Below, piece by piece: positions 8,871 to 17,880 of a stretch of DNA of 63,803 nucleotides. The notes beneath the pieces are model-generated. The model was not told the origin of the DNA and did no database searches. It worked only from the letters and a program-made list of their open reading frames with translations. The translations under genes and the position numbers were made by a program. This stretch comes from Eubacteriales bacterium (GTDB taxonomy: Bacteria; Bacillota; Clostridia; Oscillospirales; CAG-382): contig JAZSQJ010000045.1 of NCBI GenBank assembly GCA_045537905.1, positions 1-63,803 of the forward strand, written 5' to 3'. Numbering within the stretch: position 1 is the stretch's first letter; each line of letters begins with the position of its first letter.

Positions 8871-9339
8871 AAATGTCACTGCGTTTAATTGCATAATACA
8901 AAGTCATTCCCAACACACCGCAGGCAATAAATTCGCCGATGAAGATGCTGAGAGCCAGGAGAGGGATAGGGGTACCGTCACCGTAGACCAAAGCCAGAAC
9001 GAAGGGAACGATGGCAACGTTTGCCGCAATCGGCGGTATGGGTGCCAACCAAGGTGTGCCCTTTCGCAAAAGGTAAGTACCCACCGCCCCCAGCACGGTA
9101 GCCAGGGTGCCAAAAACCACGTCCCAAGGGGCACAGCCTGTAACGAGGTTGGTGATAAGACAGCCGATGCCAAGACCGGGGATAGCCGCGCTGGTAAAAA
9201 AAGGCAACACCGTCAGCACCTCCGAGATGCGCACCTGTACCGCACCGTTGGACAGGCCAAACAGGTGGGACAGATAGCTTAAAACAACGTAGAGGGCTGC
9301 GATAATTGCCGCATAGGTCAAGCTTTTTATTCTTTTCAT
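8860..9339 (-). CDS. queT: QueT-family queuosine precursor transporter
   Basis: AAIIAALY, QVRISEVL and DVVFGTLAT motifs; upstream preQ1 riboswitch. Confidence 0.9.
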   Translation of the reverse strand: MKRIKSLTYAAIIAALYVVLSYLSHLFGLSNGAVQVRISEVLTVLPFFTSAAIPGLGIGCLITNLVTGCAPWDVVFGTLATVLGAVGTYLLRKGTPWLAPIPPIAANVAIVPFVLALVYGDGTPIPLLALSIFIGEFIACGVLGMTLYYAIKRSDIFKP

Positions 9340-9352
9340 TTTTTACGTTCTC

Positions 9353-9390
9353 CTAGTTTTGTTTTAAGTGAGGATGGTCACGAACTCACT
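9353..9390 (-). ncRNA. preQ1 class I riboswitch
   Basis: Minus strand AGTGAG-TTCGTGACCATC-CTCACT-TAAAACAAAACTAG, running into the queT RBS (AGGAG). Confidence 0.85.
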
Positions 9391-9513
9391 GATTTCGTCA
9401 TATTATAGCCTTCTGTGGCAGTCTTTGTCAATAGCTTTTTTCAAAAAACGCTTGATTATCGGGCGGATGAATGATATAATGGATACGTAAACTGATATTT
9501 GGAGTGTATTGTA

Positions 9514-9942
9514 ATGGCAAAAGATAAGCTTATCCCCACGTGGTTAAAGGTAACGGCGCTTGCGGCGCTGTTCGTTCCCTACAGCGTTAAGCTGGAAAAG
9601 GGTGAGGACAACAAAATAAAAAAGCTGTCTGCCCGCAGTATAGCCGCCCGTGTTATCTACACAGCGGCAGAGGGCGACAAGGAGGCTGACCTTGACGTGC
9701 TTATTCCCGGTAACGCCGTGGATGGCGAGGATGACAAGGCAGGCCTTAGCTTTGACAGCGGTGCGGTGGTAGACGGTGCAAAGCGTTTTTGCAAAACCGC
9801 AACGGACAAGGCAAAGGTATACGCCAAGCAAACCGCGGCAGGCTTTTCTGAGTTTTGTGCAAAGCTCTCGCGGGAGGATGCTTCTGAGGAGGCTGTCGGT
9901 GAGACTGCTGATGCGGAGGAAGAAATTACAGAGCAGCTGTAA
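9514..9942 (+). CDS. Hypothetical protein with acidic C-terminus
   Basis: GGAG RBS; upstream TTGATT-17-TATAAT promoter; downstream hairpin terminator at about 9957-9999. Confidence 0.65.
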   Translation: MAKDKLIPTWLKVTALAALFVPYSVKLEKGEDNKIKKLSARSIAARVIYTAAEGDKEADLDVLIPGNAVDGEDDKAGLSFDSGAVVDGAKRFCKTATDKAKVYAKQTAAGFSEFCAKLSREDASEEAVGETADAEEEITEQL

Positions 9943-10030
9943 AGTATAAAAAGGCATAGGGTTATCTGCAAGTTTTTGTCAGGTAACCCTTGTTTTTTTG
10001 TTAAATGGCTTAATTTTTTCGTCTACCTTC

Positions 10031-10059
10031 TTGACAAAAAGGTATATTTTATGTAGAAT
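10031..10059 (+). promoter_or_regulatory. sigmaA-type promoter of the Fe-S flavoprotein operon
   Basis: TTGACA-17 nt-TAGAAT. Confidence 0.7.
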
Positions 10060-10122
10060 AGTTTTTATACAATGGGACAGTGTTTACATTGTCTTGTGTT
10101 GTTTTGATTAGGAGGAAATTAT

Positions 10123-10620
10123 ATGTGTAACTGCAATTGTTCTTCATCTGGCAGTGACCTCAGCTTACTTGACCCTGTTCTTGAAAGCTACGGCGCCGAT
10201 AAGGGTAACCTTATAACCGTGCTTCAGAAGGCGCAGGATATCTACGGATATATCCCTACTGACGTTGTATATTATATTGCCGAGAAAATGGGCAGCACTC
10301 CCGCAAAGGTAATGGGTGTGGCTACCTTTTATACCCAGTTCAGACTTAAGCCTATAGGCAAGTATCTTATAATGCTTTGCAAGGGCACCGCCTGCCACGT
10401 AAACGGCTCCGGCGAGATAGAGAAGGCAATCTGTGCCCATCTGGGCATAGAGGACGGCGGCACCACCGGGGACGGACTGTTTTCCCTTAAAAACGTTGCC
10501 TGTCTTGGCTGCTGCAGTTTGTCTCCCGTTATGATGATTAACGGCGTGGCGTACGGCTCTCTTACCCCCGATAAGGCGATAGCTATACTTGAGGACTTAA
10601 GGAAGGAGGCGGCTGAATAA
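10123..10620 (+). CDS. NuoE/HydC-like [2Fe-2S] subunit (BfuC)
   Basis: GVATFYTQF; CKGTACHV...CLGCC cluster ligands. Confidence 0.9.
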   Translation: MCNCNCSSSGSDLSLLDPVLESYGADKGNLITVLQKAQDIYGYIPTDVVYYIAEKMGSTPAKVMGVATFYTQFRLKPIGKYLIMLCKGTACHVNGSGEIEKAICAHLGIEDGGTTGDGLFSLKNVACLGCCSLSPVMMINGVAYGSLTPDKAIAILEDLRKEAAE

Positions 10621-12371
10621 TGAAGATAGTAGTTGGACAGGGCAGCTGCGGTATCGCCGCAGGTGCTGAGCAGGTTTACGGCTCCATAAAAGCCGCAATC
10701 CTGCCCGAGGATAGCTTTACACTTGGAATAACGGGCTGTATAGGTATGTGTTATCTTGAGCCTATCGTTGATATTTACGAGGGCGACAGTCTTGTAAAAC
10801 GCCTTGTTCGTGTTTCCGCCAAGGACGGTGAGGCTATTGCGGCGGCAGCTCGCAGCGGCAATCTTGACTCTCTTGCTTCTTTGGAAATCAGCGATGAGGA
10901 TAAGCAGTTTCTTGCTTTGCAGACCCGTATTGCACTCCGCAATTGCGGTGTTATTGACCCCAGCGATATCAACGCTTACATAGCCAAGGGCGGCTACGGT
11001 GCCATTAAAAAGGTGCTTAGCGGTATGAGCCCTGAGGACGTTATAGAAGAGATAAAGGTATCAGGTCTTGCAGGCAGAGGCGGTGCAGGCTTCCCCACCT
11101 GGTTTAAGTGGAATGCGGCAAGGGCATCCGTTGCTGACAAAAAGTATCTTATATGTAACGCAGACGAGGGTGACCCCGGTGCGTTTATGGACCGTGCCGT
11201 TATCGAAAGCGATCCTCATACTCTTATAGAGGGTATGCTTATAGGTGCCTACGCCATAGGTGCCTCTGAGGCAGTTGTTTACGTCCGTGCCGAGTATCCT
11301 CTGGCGATAAAGCGTCTTGAGGCGGCAATCGAGGATGCGGTTAAGGCAGGCTGGCTTGGTGATAATATAATGGGTAGCGGTTTTAGCTGTACTATGCGTA
11401 TCAAGGCAGGTGCAGGTGCTTTCGTGTGCGGTGAGGAAACCGCCCTTATCGAAAGCCTTGAGGGTAAGCGAGGTATGCCTCGCCTTAAGCCTCCTTTCCC
11501 CGCTCAGCGTGGCTATAACGATATGCCCTCCAATATCAACAACGTTGAAACCTTTGCAAACGTTGCGTGGATCATCCTTAACGGCGGTGCCGCATTCTCC
11601 GCAATGGGTACCGAAAACAGCAAGGGAACCAAGGTATTTGCCCTTACGGGTAAAATTAAGCGTGGCGGGCTGGTAGAGGTGCCTATGGGCAAAACTCTGC
11701 GTCACGTTATATACGATATAGGCGGCGGCGTGCGTAACGGCCGCAGTTTCAAGGCAGTACAGATGGGCGGCCCCTCCGGCGGCTGTATCCCTGCGTCCTT
11801 GCTTGACACCGTTATCGACTATAAGACCCTTGCGGCAACAGGCGCAATAATGGGCTCCGGCGGTATGGTTGTTATGGACGACAGCACCTGTATGGTAAAT
11901 ATGGCACGCTTCTTCCTGGACTTTACTACAAAGGAGTCCTGCGGTAAATGCGTGCATTGCCGTATAGGCACCAAGCGTATGTACGAGGTGCTTACCCGCA
12001 TCACCGAGGGTGAGGGCAGGGACGGCGATATAGAGCTTTTGGAGGAGCTTTGCGGCGGCATCAAGGACGGAGCCCTTTGCGGTCTGGGACAAACGGCGCC
12101 CAACCCCGTGCTTACTGCTATCCGCTACTTCCGTGACGAGTACGAGGCGCACATCAAGGACAAAAAGTGTCCTGCCCATCAGTGCAGTGCTCTCATAAGC
12201 TACGTAATAGATAAAGAAAAGTGCGTAGGCTGCAGCCTGTGTGCAAGAAACTGTCCCGTAGGTGCAATAAAGGGCGTGGTAAAACAGCCCTACACCATAG
12301 ATACGGCACTTTGTATCAAGTGTGGCAAGTGCGCCAGCGTATGCCGCTTCGGTGCGGCAAGGGCAGAGTAA
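10620..12371 (+). CDS. NuoF/HydB-like FMN/NADH-binding subunit (BfuB) with bifurcating-type signatures
   Basis: GRGGAGFPT, NADEGDPGAFMDR, PPFPA, GGPSGG, ESCGKC, H..CPAHQC; two C-terminal [4Fe-4S] motifs. Confidence 0.9.
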   Translation: MKIVVGQGSCGIAAGAEQVYGSIKAAILPEDSFTLGITGCIGMCYLEPIVDIYEGDSLVKRLVRVSAKDGEAIAAAARSGNLDSLASLEISDEDKQFLALQTRIALRNCGVIDPSDINAYIAKGGYGAIKKVLSGMSPEDVIEEIKVSGLAGRGGAGFPTWFKWNAARASVADKKYLICNADEGDPGAFMDRAVIESDPHTLIEGMLIGAYAIGASEAVVYVRAEYPLAIKRLEAAIEDAVKAGWLGDNIMGSGFSCTMRIKAGAGAFVCGEETALIESLEGKRGMPRLKPPFPAQRGYNDMPSNINNVETFANVAWIILNGGAAFSAMGTENSKGTKVFALTGKIKRGGLVEVPMGKTLRHVIYDIGGGVRNGRSFKAVQMGGPSGGCIPASLLDTVIDYKTLAATGAIMGSGGMVVMDDSTCMVNMARFFLDFTTKESCGKCVHCRIGTKRMYEVLTRITEGEGRDGDIELLEELCGGIKDGALCGLGQTAPNPVLTAIRYFRDEYEAHIKDKKCPAHQCSALISYVIDKEKCVGCSLCARNCPVGAIKGVVKQPYTIDTALCIKCGKCASVCRFGAARAE

Positions 12372-12386
12372 GGAGGAGCGTCAGAG

Positions 12387-14408
12387 ATGGAAAAGATAAA
12401 TATAATAATTAACGGCGTTTCCCTTACCGGCGAAAAGGGGGAAACCATACTTCAAATCGCCACCCGCGGCGGCATAGAGATACCTACCCTCTGCCAGAGC
12501 GAGCTGGTTAAAAACTACGGTGCCTGCGGTCTTTGCGTGGTAGAGGCAAAGGGCAGCCCCAAGCTTATGCGTGCCTGCTCTACCGTTGCTCAGGACGGTA
12601 TGGAGATAGATACCGAGAGTGAGCGTGTAGTACGCTCCCGCCGTTTAGCGCTGGAGCTGCTTATGAGCGACCACGACGGTGACTGTAAGGGTCCCTGTAC
12701 CCTTAACTGTCCCGCCGGTACCGACTGTCAGGGCTACCTCAAGGCGATAGCCGAGGGCGACGATGCCAGGGCAGTAGAAATAATCAAGGAAAAGCTTCCT
12801 CTGCCTGCTTCTATCGGCAGAGTATGCCCTCACCCCTGTGAGACTGCTTGCCGCCGTCAGTACGTGGAGGAGCCTATATCCATAGCACAGCTTAAGGCGT
12901 TTGCGGCTGACCGTGTTCTTGCCGCAGGCGAAAAGGTTAAGGAAAGGGAAGCGGCAACAGGCAAGCGTGTTGCTATAGCAGGCGGTGGTCCTGCAGGTCT
13001 TACTGCCGCATACTTCCTCGCCCTTAAGGGTCACGAGGTTACTATATACGAGGGTATGCCCAAGGCAGGCGGTATGCTCCGCTACGGCATTCCCGAGTAC
13101 AGACTTCCCAAGGCAGTTCTTGATAAGGAAATCGCTCTTATCGAGCAGGCAGGCGTTACCATCAAATGCGGTGTCCGCATAGGCGAGGACGTCACCTTTG
13201 AGGAGCTTAAAGCAGGTAACGACGCCGTTATCGTTGCCATCGGTGCCTGGACCAGTATGAGCGCAGGCGTTGGCGAGGATTTGAAGGGCGTATACGGCGG
13301 TATCGACTTCTTGCGTTCTATCGCCACGGGCAAGCCTGTAAGCATTGGGGAAAAGGTTGTTATTATGGGCGGCGGCAATACCGCAATGGACGCTTGCCGC
13401 AGTGCCGTAAGACTGGGTGCCAAGGAGGTAACGGTGGTTTACCGCCGTACCGAAAAGGAAATGCCCGCAGAAAAGATTGAGATAGCCGAGGCAAAGGAGG
13501 AGGGAGTAAAGTTCCGCTTCCTTGTTAACCCCTGCGAGCTGGTAGGTGAAAAGGGCGTGCTTAAGTCTGTTAAGCTTCAGGTTATGGAGCTGGGCGAGCC
13601 TGACGCAGGCGGCAGAAGAAGCCCCGTACCCGTAGAGGGTAAGTTTGAATATATTGAGGCAGATAGCTTTATACAGGCTATCGGTCAAAAGGTTAACGTA
13701 AAGGGCTTTGAGGCTCTTGAGCTTAACCGCAGAGGCATTATTTCCGCCGACGAGTTTAACTTCCGCACCAATATAGAGGGCGTGTTTGCCGTGGGCGATG
13801 CTACCAACAAGGGTGCAAGCATTGCAATAGCCGCTATAGGCGAGGCAAACAAGGCGGCACTGGTGGTTGACGCTTACCTTAACGGCGTAGAGCTTTCCTA
13901 TAAGGCTCCCTACGTTTCCGAGCGTAAGGTAGAGGATATAGATTTTTCTGACAGGGAAAAGATGGCTCGTGTAGCTACACCCTGCCGTCCTGCTGAGGAA
14001 AGAAGAGGGGACTTCAAGGAGGTTAACCTTCCCCTTGACGAGTCTCTTGCCCGTGCAGAGGCAAAGCGTTGTCTTGAGTGCGGCTGCCACGATTACGGCG
14101 AGTGTAAGCTGGTTCGTTATTCCGACAGCTATCTCAGTGCAAAGCCCCGCTTTGAGGGTGATAAGCGTAGCTCCGAAAAGGACCTTGCCCTTAAGACGGT
14201 AGGCCGCAATAACGGTAAATGTATCCTTTGCGGTCTTTGCGTCCGTGTTTGTGACGAGGTTGTGGGCGCAGGTCTCCTCGGTTTGGTTGGCAGAGGCTTT
14301 ACTACCGTTATCAAGCCCGAGTTCAGAAGGGAAGAAGCAATTTCCATCTGCGCTACCTGCGGCAAGTGCGTAGAGCTTTGCCCCACAGGAGCCCTTAAAT
14401 TGATGTAA
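12387..14408 (+). CDS. HydA-N-terminus-like Fe-S protein with inserted GltD-like FAD/NADPH domain (NfnA/StnC-like BfuA); no H-cluster or Mo domain
   Basis: IPTLC/GACGLC [2Fe-2S]; GGGPAG and GGGNTAMD Rossmann motifs; YRR; ends after CILCGLC and CATCGKCVELCP. Confidence 0.8.
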   Translation: MEKINIIINGVSLTGEKGETILQIATRGGIEIPTLCQSELVKNYGACGLCVVEAKGSPKLMRACSTVAQDGMEIDTESERVVRSRRLALELLMSDHDGDCKGPCTLNCPAGTDCQGYLKAIAEGDDARAVEIIKEKLPLPASIGRVCPHPCETACRRQYVEEPISIAQLKAFAADRVLAAGEKVKEREAATGKRVAIAGGGPAGLTAAYFLALKGHEVTIYEGMPKAGGMLRYGIPEYRLPKAVLDKEIALIEQAGVTIKCGVRIGEDVTFEELKAGNDAVIVAIGAWTSMSAGVGEDLKGVYGGIDFLRSIATGKPVSIGEKVVIMGGGNTAMDACRSAVRLGAKEVTVVYRRTEKEMPAEKIEIAEAKEEGVKFRFLVNPCELVGEKGVLKSVKLQVMELGEPDAGGRRSPVPVEGKFEYIEADSFIQAIGQKVNVKGFEALELNRRGIISADEFNFRTNIEGVFAVGDATNKGASIAIAAIGEANKAALVVDAYLNGVELSYKAPYVSERKVEDIDFSDREKMARVATPCRPAEERRGDFKEVNLPLDESLARAEAKRCLECGCHDYGECKLVRYSDSYLSAKPRFEGDKRSSEKDLALKTVGRNNGKCILCGLCVRVCDEVVGAGLLGLVGRGFTTVIKPEFRREEAISICATCGKCVELCPTGALKLM

Positions 14409-14455
14409 AAATAGCCCCGACCGCAGAAAAAATACCCATAATTATATAAAAATTA

Positions 14456-14482
14456 AAAGTGGGCTGATTTACAGCCCACTTT
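14456..14482 (+). terminator. Intrinsic terminator after the Bfu operon
   Basis: AAAGTGGGCTG-ATTTA-CAGCCCACTTT. Confidence 0.6.
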
Positions 14483-14508
14483 GTGCGGTTAAAACACAGG
14501 AGAAACCA

Positions 14509-15921
14509 ATGACAGAAACTAAAAAAACAGAAACAGCATCGCCGAGAGAAAACAAAATGGGCACTATGCCCGTGGGTAAGCTGCTTATAACTATGTCCTT
14601 GCCTATGATAGCTTCTATGATAGTGCAGGCGCTTTATAACGTGGTGGACAGCATATTCGTTGCCCGCGTAAGCAAGGATGCTCTGGACGCTGTGGGTGCG
14701 GCTTTCCCCGTGCAAAACATACTTATAGGTGTTGGCACGGGTACGGCGGTAGGTGTAAACGCCTTGCTTTCCAAAAGCCTTGGTCAGAAGGAGTACGAGC
14801 GTGCAAACAGCATAGCTAAAAACGGTATCTTCCTTGCCCTTTGTGCCTATATCGCCTTCCTGCTTTTCGGCTTTTTCGGCGTGGACTTTTATATGAGCAC
14901 CTGCAACGTCAACGGTGCCGTTAAGGAGCTTGGCGGTGACTACCTGCGTATAGTTTGCCTTTTTTCAGGCGGCGTTCTGTTCCAGATAATGTTCGAGCGA
15001 CTGCTTCAGTCCACGGGCAGAACGGTGTTTACTATGTTCACTCAGGGTATAGGTGCTATAATCAACATCATCCTCGACCCTATCCTTATCTTCGGCTACC
15101 TTGGATTTCCTGCAATGGGTGTAAAGGGCGCGGCGTACGCTACTGTTATCGGTCAAATAATGGCGGCAATCCTTGCCGTTATATTTAATCTGCTTAAAAA
15201 CAGCGATATCCGTATAAGCTTCCGCCGTTTCCGTCCCAGCGCCAAGGTTATAGGCAGAATTTACGCCATCGGCGTGCCCTCTATCCTTATGGTGGGTATA
15301 GGCTCTGTAATGACCTACTGTATGCAACGGATTCTTTCGGGAATGCACGACGTTGACGGTATGGGATACACGGTTTACAACGTGTATTTCAAGCTGCAAA
15401 GCTTCTTCTTTATGCCTCTGTTCGGTATGAACAACGGCGTTATCCCCATAGTCGCCTACAACTACGGTGCCAGGAACAGAAAGCGTATTATGTCAACCTT
15501 GAAGCTGGCAATGCTTATGGCACTTTGCTTTATGGTGCTGGGGCTTCTGGCAATGCAGATTTTCCCCAGAGAGCTGCTTGGCATCTTCAAGCCCGAAAAC
15601 TGTGACCTTGATATGTTCTACGACGTAGGTACAACGGCACTCCGTATAATCTGCCTGCACCTGCCCTTGGCCGGCTTCTGTATCTCCATCGGTTCTATAT
15701 TCCAGGCTCTTGGCAGAAGCATTTTCTCTATGTCCGTATCAGCGGCAAGACAGCTTCTCGTGCTTATCCCTGCGGCGTATTTCCTGTCTCTTACAGGTAG
15801 CGTTTCCTCCATCTGGTGGGCGTTCCCTATAGCCGAGGTTATGTCCCTTATCGTGTCAGCGTCCTTGTTTACCTATCTGTATCGCAAGGAAATCAGACAT
15901 ATCCCCGAGGGTAATAAATAA
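14509..15921 (+). CDS. MATE family efflux transporter
   Basis: LYNVVDSIFV and NIILDPILIFG..MGVKGAAYAT; 12 TM segments. Confidence 0.9.
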   Translation: MTETKKTETASPRENKMGTMPVGKLLITMSLPMIASMIVQALYNVVDSIFVARVSKDALDAVGAAFPVQNILIGVGTGTAVGVNALLSKSLGQKEYERANSIAKNGIFLALCAYIAFLLFGFFGVDFYMSTCNVNGAVKELGGDYLRIVCLFSGGVLFQIMFERLLQSTGRTVFTMFTQGIGAIINIILDPILIFGYLGFPAMGVKGAAYATVIGQIMAAILAVIFNLLKNSDIRISFRRFRPSAKVIGRIYAIGVPSILMVGIGSVMTYCMQRILSGMHDVDGMGYTVYNVYFKLQSFFFMPLFGMNNGVIPIVAYNYGARNRKRIMSTLKLAMLMALCFMVLGLLAMQIFPRELLGIFKPENCDLDMFYDVGTTALRIICLHLPLAGFCISIGSIFQALGRSIFSMSVSAARQLLVLIPAAYFLSLTGSVSSIWWAFPIAEVMSLIVSASLFTYLYRKEIRHIPEGNK

Positions 15922-15925
15922 ACTT

Positions 15926-15971
15926 AAAACGCCCCTGAAGAAGACTAAAAAGCTTCTTCAGGGGGTGTTTT
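15926..15971 (+). terminator. Intrinsic terminator after MATE
   Basis: AAAACGCCCCTGAAGAAG...CTTCTTCAGGGGGTGTTTT. Confidence 0.7.
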
Positions 15972-16002
15972 GTTAATATGTATAACCGTTAACCTTGCCC
16001 TT

Positions 16003-16039
16003 TAATTGTCCGTTTTATTGCCCTTGTTTGTGCTACAAT
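16003..16039 (+). promoter_or_regulatory. Promoter with extended -10 (TGcTACAAT) and motif TAATTGTCCGTTTTATT, shared with 6724-6740
   Basis: 17-bp identity extending imperfectly to (G/T)CCCT..GTTT; no canonical -35 at 17-nt spacing. Confidence 0.65.
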
Positions 16040-16062
16040 AACAAATGAAAGGGGGTAAAACG

Positions 16063-16287
16063 ATGAACAAAACTACGTATAAAAGCTACGGGGAGCTGCC
16101 TGCGGTGCTTACCGCCTGCGAGCTGGCACGGGTACTGCGCATATCCCGTTCAGGCGCCTACAACCTTATGAGCAAAAAGGATTTCCCCTCTGTAAAGGTG
16201 GGTAAGCGTGTGGTTACACCCAAGGATTTGTTTATAAAATGGTTGGAAACGGAGGCTACAAAACCGCAACGCCCTCGCAAACCGTAA
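16063..16287 (+). CDS. Excisionase-like helix-turn-helix DNA-binding protein (HTH_17)
   Basis: LPAVLTACELARVLRISRSGAYNL..FPSVKVGKR..PKDLFIKWL; GGGGG RBS; overlaps the 3' end of convergent dapF. Confidence 0.85.
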   Translation: MNKTTYKSYGELPAVLTACELARVLRISRSGAYNLMSKKDFPSVKVGKRVVTPKDLFIKWLETEATKPQRPRKP

Positions 16288-17095
16288 CGGCAGGGCCCGT
16301 CATAAGCACCCGCTCCTTCGTTACGTTGATAACAAGCTTACCGCCCTTAAGGTTAACGGTAACGTCCTCACCGTAGGGGCAAAAGCCGTTTATACAAGCG
16401 GCGGCAACGGCGGCGCACGCCCCTGTACCGCAAGCCCAGGTCTCGCCGCTTCCACGCTCCCACACACGCATATCTATGCTGTGTGGGTCTTTTACTTTTA
16501 TAAACTCTGCATTGACCCTGTCGGGGAAAACGGCGTGGTTTTCCGTAGCGGGCCCGTACTTATCCAAATCAAAAGCGGCAACATCCTCTACAAAGCATAC
16601 GTTGTGGGCACTGCCTACGGACACGGCGGTGCAAACAAACTCCCTGTCAACTATATAGAGAGGCACTGCAACCGTACCCTCTGCATCCCAGATAACAGGC
16701 ACCGCCTCCTTTTCAAAAACAGCCTTGCCCACGTCTGCCGTAGCCGCTACCGCAAGCCCGTCCTTAACGTGCATCTTAAGGGTTTTTATACCGCTGAGGG
16801 TCTCCACGGTAATCAGCTCCTTTTTCGCAATGCCCTTATCGTACAGAAATTTGCCCACGCAACGGAGAGCGTTACCGCACATCCTGCCCTCACTGCCGTC
16901 AGCGTTAAACATACGCATCTTGGCATCGGCAATCTCGGAAGGGCAAATCATAATAAGACCGTCCGAGCCAACGGAAAAATGCCTTCTGGACAGGTTTGCC
17001 GCTACCTCGTTGGGGTTATCAAGTACAGTTTCAAAGCAGTTTATGTAAATATAATCGTTGCCGCAGCCATGCATTTTTGTAAACTTAAGCTCCAT
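16256..17095 (-). CDS. dapF: Diaminopimelate epimerase
   Basis: FTKMHGCGNDY, NADGSEGRMCGNALRC, RVWERGSGETWACGTGA. Confidence 0.95.
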   Translation of the reverse strand: MELKFTKMHGCGNDYIYINCFETVLDNPNEVAANLSRRHFSVGSDGLIMICPSEIADAKMRMFNADGSEGRMCGNALRCVGKFLYDKGIAKKELITVETLSGIKTLKMHVKDGLAVAATADVGKAVFEKEAVPVIWDAEGTVAVPLYIVDREFVCTAVSVGSAHNVCFVEDVAAFDLDKYGPATENHAVFPDRVNAEFIKVKDPHSIDMRVWERGSGETWACGTGACAAVAAACINGFCPYGEDVTVNLKGGKLVINVTKERVLMTGPAVTVCEGVAVL

Positions 17096-17097
17096 AC

Positions 17098-17766
17098 CTA
17101 TTCTCCTATACGCCAATCAATGGCGTCCTCACCCAAAAACTCGTTAGCCGCAGAAAAATGGCGGCAGCCGAAAAAGCCGTTATAAGCTGAAAGGGGGCTG
17201 GGGTGGGCGGCAGTAAGCACCAGATGTCGGCTGCTGTCTATAAGCTTTGCCTTTGCCTTGGCGTAGTTGCCCCACAGTAAAAACACCATAGGCTTTTCCC
17301 TCCCGTTAAGCATCTCTATAACCCTATCGGTAAAAACCTCCCAGCCCTGTCCACGGTGACTGCCTGCCAGGTTTTCCCTTACGGTAAGTACGCTGTTAAG
17401 CAGCAACACCCCGTTTTTTGCCCAGTCTGTCAGACAGCCGTGGCTAGGTATGTCAAGACCTAAATCCGCATTAAGCTCCTTGTAAATGTTTACAAGAGAG
17501 GGAGGCACCGCCGTCCCCTTCTCCACGGAAAAGCAAAGCCCGTGGGCTTGCCCCTGACCGTGATATGGGTCCTGTCCTAAAATTACTGCCTTAACTTCGT
17601 TGTAATCTGTGAATTTGAAGGCGTTGAAGATGTTATTCATATCAGGAAAGATATTCTTTCCCGAGTGTATGTATTCCTGCTTCAAAAAGGAGCGTAGCTT
17701 AACGTAATAATCCTTCTTAAACTCTGCTTCCAGCAAAGCGTCCCAACTGTTTCCTATGTTTACCAA
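17098..17766 (-). CDS. ung: Uracil-DNA glycosylase (family 1)
   Basis: GQDPYH, VPPSL and HPSPLSA motifs; TTG start chosen after the RBS. Confidence 0.95.
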   Translation of the reverse strand: MVNIGNSWDALLEAEFKKDYYVKLRSFLKQEYIHSGKNIFPDMNNIFNAFKFTDYNEVKAVILGQDPYHGQGQAHGLCFSVEKGTAVPPSLVNIYKELNADLGLDIPSHGCLTDWAKNGVLLLNSVLTVRENLAGSHRGQGWEVFTDRVIEMLNGREKPMVFLLWGNYAKAKAKLIDSSRHLVLTAAHPSPLSAYNGFFGCRHFSAANEFLGEDAIDWRIGE

Positions 17767-17880
17767 AAAACCACCGCCCTTCTGCGTAAAAGAATAGCAT
17801 AAATTATACAATAATTCAATACAGCTATTGAAAAAAAGTGTTTTTTTTGGTATAATAGCTTTGATTATCAAAAGGGGGAG

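Noticed and set aside
10123-14408. [FeFe]-hydrogenase or complex I
   Set aside because: No H-cluster motifs and no membrane Nuo subunits
16063-16287. Prophage or ICE boundary
   Set aside because: No integrase, tRNA or att repeats; both flanks are housekeeping genes
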